From the NCBI GenBank assembly GCA_947501605.1, contig CANMWZ010000006.1, forward strand, positions 22,897 to 86,896: 64,000 nucleotides of DNA, written 5' to 3'. The notes under the pieces were generated by a model. That model was not told where the DNA came from, did no database searches, and worked only from the letters and a program-made list of their open reading frames with translations. Both the position numbers and the translations under genes were made by a program. Shown one piece after another: positions 27,093-35,188 of this stretch; within the stretch, counting starts at the first letter, position 1; every line of letters starts with the position of its first letter. The stretch comes from Planctomycetota bacterium (GTDB lineage Bacteria; Planctomycetota; UBA1135; UBA2386).

Positions 27093-28217
27093 TCAGTTGG
27101 CGCCTTGGATGGGCTGGCCATTGACCGTGCCCGACGTCAACACGCCAGCAATGCCGGCGACCTGGACGGCAATCGGGCCGACGCCGCGAGCCAAGGTCAT
27201 CACCACGGCCGCAGACTGTCGCGCTCCGTTCGGAGCACGCGCTTCCATGCTCCAATCCAACTGGAACACGTCGTCGAAGCGGCCGACTGCGGTTCGGAGC
27301 GGTGGCACGCCCGTCGGCAACACGCGCAGGATGGTGGTCGCCGAAGTCGTCGGGGCCGCAGTTCCGTACGGCTGGTAGAGCAGCGCCGGAAGAACGCTCA
27401 GCATCGGCTGACCCAGCGTCACTTCCGCCGGCAGGAACAGGCTCAGGTCATGGATCTCCTGGTAGTCCGTGCCACCATTGGTGGAGTACTCACCGAGGAC
27501 ATCGGTCGGGCCATAGGCAAAGGGCGGCGAATCAATGCGGCGCAGGTAGAGACCGAGATTCTGGTCGGGCGTCTCGATGAGCAGGCGAAAGACCGTCACG
27601 CCTTGCAGGTTGGGCTCGGCCGCCGAGGCCGTCAGCGTGATGGTGATGCCGTTGCTGAAGTTCCAGCGGTTGCCGGTCTGCAGCGGCAAGAACCCCGGCG
27701 TCGAACCAAAGACACCCTGCGGGTTGGTGGTCACCCACCCGAGCAGTCGTTGCGCCACCCAGTAGACGGCCGGGAAGTTGAGCGTCTGGAATCGGACCTT
27801 GCCGGTATCCGGCTCGGTAACCCCAGCGATCTCGATCACGCGACCATCTTGCTGGCGAGCCAGGACGACCGCAGCTCGCCCCTGCCGTCCAGCCTCGAAC
27901 GGCAACGTGACCGCGACCGGCAGCGCGAATTCCCGCGGACTCGGGCCGAGCAGAATGCCGCGACTGAGGTTGCTGAAACCCGGCTGGATCTGTGCAAAGC
28001 TGGTCGCAACCGTGAGTTGCACCGGCGCGGTAGTCGCGCCGGGCGGAACCGCGATTTCGAGGCCTGCGAGTTCCCCGGTGGTCAACTGCAGCACGCCGCC
28101 GGCGACGCCGACCCGTTGGCCAGCGACCACCTGAGCGGCACCACCGCCGCCGCCACCGCCAGAACAGGCAGCGAGCAGGCAGAGGGAGAACAAGAACACG
28201 TTGCGGCACTGGCCCAT
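27093..28217 (-). CDS. Lipoprotein, function unknown
   Basis: 'MGQCRNVFLFSLCLLAACSGGGGGGG' has a lipobox 'LAAC' followed by a Gly linker. The remainder is beta-rich with no recognisable motif. Confidence 0.6.
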   Translation of the reverse strand: MGQCRNVFLFSLCLLAACSGGGGGGGAAQVVAGQRVGVAGGVLQLTTGELAGLEIAVPPGATTAPVQLTVATSFAQIQPGFSNLSRGILLGPSPREFALPVAVTLPFEAGRQGRAAVVLARQQDGRVIEIAGVTEPDTGKVRFQTLNFPAVYWVAQRLLGWVTTNPQGVFGSTPGFLPLQTGNRWNFSNGITITLTASAAEPNLQGVTVFRLLIETPDQNLGLYLRRIDSPPFAYGPTDVLGEYSTNGGTDYQEIHDLSLFLPAEVTLGQPMLSVLPALLYQPYGTAAPTTSATTILRVLPTGVPPLRTAVGRFDDVFQLDWSMEARAPNGARQSAAVVMTLARGVGPIAVQVAGIAGVLTSGTVNGQPIQGAN

Positions 28218-28325
28218 GCGGGAATGCTGGTGCGTCCCCGGCAAGCGACCGTGAGTGTCAGATTAAGGATCGCTACAAGCCCATTCGGCCGCACCGCATT
28301 GGGAAGGCCCCCTCACGCAAGACCG

Positions 28326-28352
28326 CCGACGCGCGGATCGCACCGCGGTCGG
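28326..28352 (-). terminator. GC-rich hairpin downstream of the giant gene
   Basis: CCGACGCGCGG-atcgca-CCGCGGTCGG (10 bp with one bulge), 13 nt after the stop at 28365. No U-tract. Confidence 0.35.
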
Positions 28353-28364
28353 GAGCACCCCGTC

Positions 28365-31300
28365 TCATCGGTTCGGCGCATCCAGCTCGCGCAAGACAGC
28401 GCCGTCGGTCTCGCTCAGCACCAGCAGTGCGTAGCGCTGCGCGCCCGAGCTGCCGGATTCGCTGACTGAGACGTAATCGAAGCGGCCCCGAAGGTCGGTG
28501 TAGCCATCCTTGTGGAAGCGCACCGAGCCATCGGCGCCACGCGCATAGCACTTCACGTAGACCTTGGCGAGCGGCGCGCCTTTCTGCGACCGCACTTCCA
28601 CCTGCCCGTACGAGCCGATGGCCTGCACCACCATCGTGCTGGCGAGGCTCTGCGCGCGGCGCACGAGGCCGCCGCCGCGAACCTCGATGACGACATTGCC
28701 TTGCGCGAACTCGGCCGGCAGCGGGACGGTTGTCTGCTGGGCGCCCTTGCCGAGCTCGACCGCGTCCTTGCGCATCGGTTCGACCCACCCGACGGCGGCG
28801 AGGCCCTGTTGCTGGAACGGGCTGTTGCTGAACGCGAACTCGACGTCGAGCCGGTGGTAGCGCACTTCGCACACCTCGAGATTGCGATGACGGATCGCGA
28901 TCACGCCACCTTCGACCACGACATCGAGTTGCGGCTCGGTCGCCGCGAGCTGCGTCTGCTGCGCGTCCCGCAGTTCCTCGTCGGTGGCCACGACGGCCGC
29001 GCCGTCGATCTCGTCCGCCTGCTGCAACACCGAGCGGAACAGCGTGCGCCAACGGTCCACCGGATGATCCTTGTGCACGCTCGCGATACTGCGCGCCGCG
29101 GCGACGTCAGCGCGGAAGAACGCGAGGTAAGCCGCCAAGTAGTCGTACTGCAGCGCAGTCGTCAACGACTCGCGGTCGATGCGCGCGAACGCGGCGAGCG
29201 CATCCTCGGTGCGACCTTGGACCAAGTGGTAGTAGGTCACCTCGGCCCAGTCGGCCGCCGCGAGTTGCGGCCGTCGACATAGGATCGCGAGGCACTGTTG
29301 CCACTGCTGTGTGACATCGCGGTTCTGGATGCCCTGCCACGCACCGATGCGGTGCGCGCGCGCGTGCACCAGCGGATCGAACTCGAGGTGCTCGTAGGCG
29401 CGTTCGACGAGCGGTTCGACCGTGAGCAGCGGCGAACGCAACACGTAGCCGATCGATTGCCCGAGGTCCGCACGGCGAGCCAGGTACTCACGCGCCACCG
29501 GCAGATCGCCGTGCCTCACTCCGAACGACCACACCGTGTCGTCGTATTGGAGTTGCGAACGCAGCAGCTCCACCACCTTGCCGAAGAACACACGGTCGCG
29601 CAGACGCCAAGCGATGCGCGACAGGTCGACCCGCCGAAGGTTGTGGGTTCGCAGATACTCGAGAACGGCATCGGCCTCTGCCATCTGCGACACGTGGTCC
29701 CACGAAGCGGAGTCGACGACGGTCGGCGTCGCGACGACGTGACGGACCGCGGCCTCGGCGGCGCCGACGAACACGCCGTCGGCACTGACCTGCGCGGGGT
29801 AGTGGGCGAAGTCACCGGGCAGCGGGAAGTAGAACGAGAACTCGAAGGTCGTCGTCGCGAACGCGTCGAGCTGGAGCGGCACGCTGTGCGTGGCGAAGCC
29901 GCCTTGCAGCGGCAACGCACCGGCCGGGATCTGGATCAGCAGCGACAACGTGCGCGGCGCCTCGGTCGGGTTCGTCAGCACGATCTGACTGCCGTAGACC
30001 ACGCCGGCGGTGAACTCACTCGTCACGGACTTCTGGCGACGGACGTTGCCGTCATAGCTGTAACGATCGTCGAGGCGGAAACAGGCCTGACGGATCAACA
30101 CCGGATCGATCCCGTCCTTCTGCACGACCGGCAGGATCTCGCTGCGCGCGAGCAACAGCGGGCCCTCGGTCCGCAGCGTCGCCGCCGCACCATCGCGCAC
30201 CGAGCTCGGTTGCTTGCCCTCGAACGGCAGATCGAGCACCGCCAGCGCGAACATCGCCTCGGTGAAGCTGCCGCGCGCTTCGGCGACGTTCGGCGACACG
30301 AACGGTGTTCCCTGCGACGCCGCGAAGTCGCGCCAGAACGAGTTGGCACGGATGCGATCGGCCGTCTCGTCCGTGCGCTGCATCTTCCAGTAGTAGCTCT
30401 CGGCGAAGATGCGCGTCGGATCGAGGTCGCGGAAGAAGCTGCGCTGCACCTTGCGACGCTCCCGGTCTTGCTCGTCATCCTCCTTCGCGAGTTCCGCGTC
30501 CTTGTCGGTCAACTCGGTGAGCAAGCCACCAGCCTGCCCCTGCTCGACCGACGCGGACAGATCCTGCTTGGCCTTCTCGGCGCTCTCCGGCTTTGGCGCC
30601 GGCGCGCCCGGGTCAGCGGCACGTCGTCCGGTCGCAGGACCGGCAGGGCCGGCACTGGCGGGCCCACCTGCACTCGGCTCGGCCGCGGACAGCTTCCGTT
30701 CGAGTCGATCCACTACGTCGAGCCCGAGCAGGGTTTTGGCATCGCCTTCCGCGCCGGCATCGAGATCGGCGGTGCGCAGGGCCGCGCGGAACACGAGCTT
30801 CTTGCCCTCGAGGTCGATGGGCTCGAGCTCGCCGAGTTCGCGCGCGTGGCGAACGAGTGCCTCGCGTTGGCCCGGCAATCGCTGCAGCAGAAGGATGCGC
30901 TCGACGAGGTTGAGCGTCGCGAAGCGCGCGGGCTCGAGGTAGCTGGCAACGTCCTCACCGAGCATCCAGTCGTCGAGGAACTCGCGATGGGCTTTGTTCG
31001 CGAGATACGGCTTCAACACCGAATCGAAGAAGGCGCGGTCCTTGAAGTAGAGGAACAGGTGCAGCTCGTGGCACGCGTGCGTGCGGTAGAGCTGCAGTCG
31101 CTCGTCCGCGGTCAGCGACGGCCAGCGCGTGACAAAGGCGAAGTCGGCGAGGTCGGGGCCCTGAACCAACGTGCCCAGCAGTCGATGCACCTCTTGGAGC
31201 GAAGTGAACGGCCGCAACTTCGTCGTCGCGACATCGGGAACGCGGGTCTCGCTGCCGGCGGCGACGAACTCGATGCGCTGCTGCTCGGCCAGGTGCTGAG

Positions 31301-34300
31301 CCGCGTCGAAGGCCTTCGGCAGGCGAAGATCGCGCGGATCGAGGGCCTTCAGCGGCATCGCCACGCTGCGGTAGTCGAAGTCGTCGCCGTCGACGGCGAT
31401 CACGTGCAGCAGCTGGCCCGCGCCGAGGTCCTTGCGCGGGATGCGCAGCGTGCCGTTCGCATCGGGGCGAAGGTTGGCGAGCAGCGACGTGGCGCCGTCG
31501 AGGAAGTCGATCGTGGCGTAAGCGTTCGGGTCCGAACCCGTTGCGCGCATGGAGTTGGCCGTCTCGGCTGGCGGCGCCTCGGCCCTGCCGCCGCGTCGGC
31601 GGCCATAGCCACCGCCGGCACCACCCCCGAACCGGCCGGTGTCCGAGGCTCGATCGATCGCCCACGGATTCAGCAGCAGGCTCGGCCGCTGCAGCATGTT
31701 GCCGGGGAACTTGGTCGCGTAGCGACGCTCGAACACGTAGCGAAGTTCGTCCCCCACGCGGCGCTCGGCGGCGTAGTCCGAGAAGCGCGGTTCGAGCAGC
31801 ACTCGAGACGCGCCGCCATAGACGGGCGGCAACGCCAGAGCGAACGCATCGAAGGCCGGCAAGTAGCGCGTCGCGAACGCGTGCACGCGGGCGGAGGCAC
31901 CGGCGTTGCCGAGCCGGACCGACACGGTGTCCGCATCGGCGTCGAGTCGGAGGATCGCGAGCGGCGTCTGGCCGCGCAGCAACAACGCGCGCGTCGCACC
32001 GAGAACGAAGCGACCTTGCTCGGTACCGTTCGTCACGGCAACGTCGATCTCGACGTCGAAGCGCGGCAATCGCAGCACGTAGTCACCGGCCGGCACAGCG
32101 CGCAGTTCGAGCCAACCCTCGGTGAGAGCCAGGAGCGCGGAGGCATCGCGCACCGGTCGATCGTCACGGCGCTCGACCAATGTCGCGATCGAGGCGTCGA
32201 GTTGCGTTCCATTCTCTGGATACGCGACGCGAAGTGTTGCGCCGGCGATTCCCTGCAGGCTCTTCGGCCATGCTCGCCGTTCGACCAGGAACCACGAGGA
32301 TCCGGCGACCGACGACGAGCCGAGCAGGCGGACCTCGTCGATGCCCTCGAGCGCGCCGAGTGCGACCTTGCCTGCGGCATCCGATTGCAGAACAACCTGC
32401 ACTTGGTCGCGGAAGTCGCAGTGGCGCAGCGAGAGTTCGACTGTCCGCGTCGCCAGCGGCTCGCCGGTGCGCCCGCGCACTTCGACGAACCAACCGTCCT
32501 GTTCCCGACCGAGGATCGAGGCCGCAACTTCCGCGGTCGCCTCGATGCCGTTCACGACGAACGTGCCGCCGTCTTGCTGCACGTCGACCGTCTGCCCCGT
32601 GCTCGCCTTCTGGTAGCGGGCGCGCATGGCGACCGACAAGCTCACGAGCCCGCGCGGAACCTCGAAGTCGTGCACGTACTCGCCGTTCGAGTCGAAAGCC
32701 GCGACCGCGATCGTCTGCATCGACTGGGCGCCGTCGCGCAAGCGGGCCGTGATCACGAACTCCGGCTCCTGCAGCAGCGCGAGCGAGACCGGCACACCGC
32801 CGACTTCGAACCTCGGGCGCAGCAGCAATCGACTGGGTTCCCCGCCGCGCAGGGACTCGCGATCGACGAACGCCGCGAGTCGCAGCTCGGCCGACTCGAC
32901 CGCGTGGGCGAAGCGATGCAGCGTCGCGACGGCACCGCGCCGCACCACGATCGTCCGCTGAGCAGGCTCGGGCGAGAACGGAACGGCGAGTTCGCCGCGG
33001 TCGTCGGCGACGATCTCGCGGCCGGCACAGAACGCGACGGCATCGCGCACGGGTTGCCCGTTCTCGTCGAACACCGAGAACACGTGGCCCGCGGCGCCGA
33101 TGCGCGACAGCACATCGAGGCGGCCCTTCTGCACCACCGCGCGGCTCGACATGCCGTTGCCGACGAACTCGACGACGTAGGTGCCGGGCTGGTTGAGCGA
33201 GTCGGGTTGGAACTGCCGCCGCACGCGCCGCAACGGTGGCTCGGAGTACTGCACGACCTGCTCTTCGTTGGCGACGACGCCGTCGAGGTCGATCGAGGCA
33301 TCGACGTCTTTGCCGACCGCCTTCAAGTAGGCATACGCGTCGATCCGGTAGACCTTGACCAGCAAGGTCGGCACGTTCTTGACGTCGAGCTCGATCGTGA
33401 CCTTCGCATCCGCCGCGAAGTGCTGCTGCGCCCGCTTTGCGAACGAGAGTTCGACGCGTTGCACCAGCTGCTCGTAGTACGACGGATCCGCAAGCATCGA
33501 GTACCAGCGCTCCATGTCACCTTGACCGAGCAGGATCTTGGTCTCGGCGAACACGCGACGCAGCCAATCCTCGCGCACATGCTCGGTCCACGGAGCAATC
33601 GTGTCCGCAGTCGCGAAGATCTGTTCGAAGCACGCACGCACGAGCTCTTCGTCGCTGCCGACCGCGTCGAGACCGGTGCTGCTGCGGAAACCGTCGTCGA
33701 CGATATCCTGCCCGCGACTCTTGCGAATCCACTCGGGATTGGCGTAGCCGGCACGCCGTGGCAATCGCAGATACGAACCGAGGCGGTCGGTGTCGACCTT
33801 TCCAAGTTCGAGATCGTGCCGCAACCGGTGGAACAGCACATGGCTCTTGAGGCTGTTGTGCACGGGCGACAACCGCTCCACGAAGCCAAGGAGCGCGTCG
33901 AGGTAGGCTTCGCGCGCGCGCACGTCGACCTGCCAAGCGACATCGGCGTTCGGCCGCAGTCGACGCACGTACTCGTCGACATATCGACGGTCATCGCGCA
34001 AGTTGGGGACCTGCTGCAGCACCTCGTCGAGCTGCGACTGCAACAAGAACTCGTGCACCCGCAGAGAGCCGAAGCCGCCGCTGTCGCGCAACCGCAGTTC
34101 GCGCGCAACGAGCAGCGCGAGACCTGGCACGTCGGAACGCTGAAGACGATTCAAGAGCTCGCGCAGCAGGTTGTCCGGCACCTTCGTCGCCAACAATGCA
34201 GCGAGACCGCGATCCGTCAGACCGTCGAGCGAGTTTGAGTGCAGCGCGAGCGCGCGCTGCAGGAGTTGCGCCGCCGCGATCGAGCGATTGTCGAACTGAG

Positions 34301-34709
34301 TCGGCAACTCAGGCTGCTGACCCGGGACCTGCCGCTGCTGGTCAAAGGACAGTCCCAATCGCTGCTGCAGCCATGCATAGGTGCCCTTCTCATCGCGTTC
34401 GTAGGAGAGCAGTGCTTGGCGCACTTCGATCTCCTCGACCCGCGACGTACGCCCGTGCCTTTCAACCCATGCAGCGAGGAGCACCGGAACAGCATCGAGC
34501 GCCCCTTCGTGCTGCTTCTGCAAGCACTGATAGTAGTAAGCGTCCTCCGTCCCCGGGATCAGCTGCGCGAGCGCCGCTGCGCGATCGGGCGCAAGCGCGA
34601 ACGTCTCGGCGAATCCTCCCGGCGGCGTCTGCGCCAACAGCGCCGAGGACATGGCCAGGAGGGTCAGCGGAAACACAACACACGACAGCCGCAGGAGTGG
34701 ATTGCGCAT
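28365..34709 (-). CDS. Giant (2114 aa) exported protein, function unknown
   Basis: Uninterrupted 6.3-kb ORF. Signal peptide 'MRNPLLRLSCVVFPLTLLAMSSALLAQ', helical N-terminal third, repeated beta-rich modules, and a Gly/Pro/Ala plus acidic linker near nt 30440-30700. C-terminus 'VYVKCYARGADGSVRFHKDGYTDLRGRFDYVSVS'. Confidence 0.8.
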   Translation of the reverse strand: MRNPLLRLSCVVFPLTLLAMSSALLAQTPPGGFAETFALAPDRAAALAQLIPGTEDAYYYQCLQKQHEGALDAVPVLLAAWVERHGRTSRVEEIEVRQALLSYERDEKGTYAWLQQRLGLSFDQQRQVPGQQPELPTQFDNRSIAAAQLLQRALALHSNSLDGLTDRGLAALLATKVPDNLLRELLNRLQRSDVPGLALLVARELRLRDSGGFGSLRVHEFLLQSQLDEVLQQVPNLRDDRRYVDEYVRRLRPNADVAWQVDVRAREAYLDALLGFVERLSPVHNSLKSHVLFHRLRHDLELGKVDTDRLGSYLRLPRRAGYANPEWIRKSRGQDIVDDGFRSSTGLDAVGSDEELVRACFEQIFATADTIAPWTEHVREDWLRRVFAETKILLGQGDMERWYSMLADPSYYEQLVQRVELSFAKRAQQHFAADAKVTIELDVKNVPTLLVKVYRIDAYAYLKAVGKDVDASIDLDGVVANEEQVVQYSEPPLRRVRRQFQPDSLNQPGTYVVEFVGNGMSSRAVVQKGRLDVLSRIGAAGHVFSVFDENGQPVRDAVAFCAGREIVADDRGELAVPFSPEPAQRTIVVRRGAVATLHRFAHAVESAELRLAAFVDRESLRGGEPSRLLLRPRFEVGGVPVSLALLQEPEFVITARLRDGAQSMQTIAVAAFDSNGEYVHDFEVPRGLVSLSVAMRARYQKASTGQTVDVQQDGGTFVVNGIEATAEVAASILGREQDGWFVEVRGRTGEPLATRTVELSLRHCDFRDQVQVVLQSDAAGKVALGALEGIDEVRLLGSSSVAGSSWFLVERRAWPKSLQGIAGATLRVAYPENGTQLDASIATLVERRDDRPVRDASALLALTEGWLELRAVPAGDYVLRLPRFDVEIDVAVTNGTEQGRFVLGATRALLLRGQTPLAILRLDADADTVSVRLGNAGASARVHAFATRYLPAFDAFALALPPVYGGASRVLLEPRFSDYAAERRVGDELRYVFERRYATKFPGNMLQRPSLLLNPWAIDRASDTGRFGGGAGGGYGRRRGGRAEAPPAETANSMRATGSDPNAYATIDFLDGATSLLANLRPDANGTLRIPRKDLGAGQLLHVIAVDGDDFDYRSVAMPLKALDPRDLRLPKAFDAAQHLAEQQRIEFVAAGSETRVPDVATTKLRPFTSLQEVHRLLGTLVQGPDLADFAFVTRWPSLTADERLQLYRTHACHELHLFLYFKDRAFFDSVLKPYLANKAHREFLDDWMLGEDVASYLEPARFATLNLVERILLLQRLPGQREALVRHARELGELEPIDLEGKKLVFRAALRTADLDAGAEGDAKTLLGLDVVDRLERKLSAAEPSAGGPASAGPAGPATGRRAADPGAPAPKPESAEKAKQDLSASVEQGQAGGLLTELTDKDAELAKEDDEQDRERRKVQRSFFRDLDPTRIFAESYYWKMQRTDETADRIRANSFWRDFAASQGTPFVSPNVAEARGSFTEAMFALAVLDLPFEGKQPSSVRDGAAATLRTEGPLLLARSEILPVVQKDGIDPVLIRQACFRLDDRYSYDGNVRRQKSVTSEFTAGVVYGSQIVLTNPTEAPRTLSLLIQIPAGALPLQGGFATHSVPLQLDAFATTTFEFSFYFPLPGDFAHYPAQVSADGVFVGAAEAAVRHVVATPTVVDSASWDHVSQMAEADAVLEYLRTHNLRRVDLSRIAWRLRDRVFFGKVVELLRSQLQYDDTVWSFGVRHGDLPVAREYLARRADLGQSIGYVLRSPLLTVEPLVERAYEHLEFDPLVHARAHRIGAWQGIQNRDVTQQWQQCLAILCRRPQLAAADWAEVTYYHLVQGRTEDALAAFARIDRESLTTALQYDYLAAYLAFFRADVAAARSIASVHKDHPVDRWRTLFRSVLQQADEIDGAAVVATDEELRDAQQTQLAATEPQLDVVVEGGVIAIRHRNLEVCEVRYHRLDVEFAFSNSPFQQQGLAAVGWVEPMRKDAVELGKGAQQTTVPLPAEFAQGNVVIEVRGGGLVRRAQSLASTMVVQAIGSYGQVEVRSQKGAPLAKVYVKCYARGADGSVRFHKDGYTDLRGRFDYVSVSESGSSGAQRYALLVLSETDGAVLRELDAPNR

Positions 34710-35188
34710 CGGTCAGAATCGTCAAGCCAAGTACGAAAACAAGGCGGCGGTGCGCGCCATCTGCGACTCGCACCACCGCAACGGAACATCGAGGGTAGCG
34801 GGCAACGGCATCCACAGCACCGTGTTCCCGGCACGCAGGCAAACAGCGGCAAGACGCCGCTGCGTTCCGGGTCGACATGGCAACAGCTTTCGACTGGGCT
34901 TCTGGCCAAGCATCGTTCGTGTTGCTTGGCAAAGTGCCCGACGCTCGAGTTCCGCGAGGGTCGTTGTCGGCTTGCTCCAGACTCGACGGCGCACGCAGCT
35001 ACCCGGGACGGTCGACTGCAGGGCCTTTGCCACGCTGCCCCGCCACTTCTAGCGCAACGCCCCGTGGCGGTGATGAACGCGGCGAGACGGCGGCACAGCC
35101 TCCGTCACGACCGAAGACGATCCGCCGGGAAGACCGTGCGGGCGCGACACCGACCGACGACAGCAACGCGGAAGCGCCGGCGCGCTAC

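Noticed and set aside
29298-34238. 1646-aa plus-strand ORF, the second-longest ORF in the track.
   Set aside because: It is exactly antisense to the 2114-aa gene. Its translation is Arg/Ala/Gly/His/Leu-rich with no motifs or signal peptide. In GC-rich DNA the antisense frame of a real gene is commonly stop-free. The minus-strand product has a signal peptide and coherent domain-like composition.
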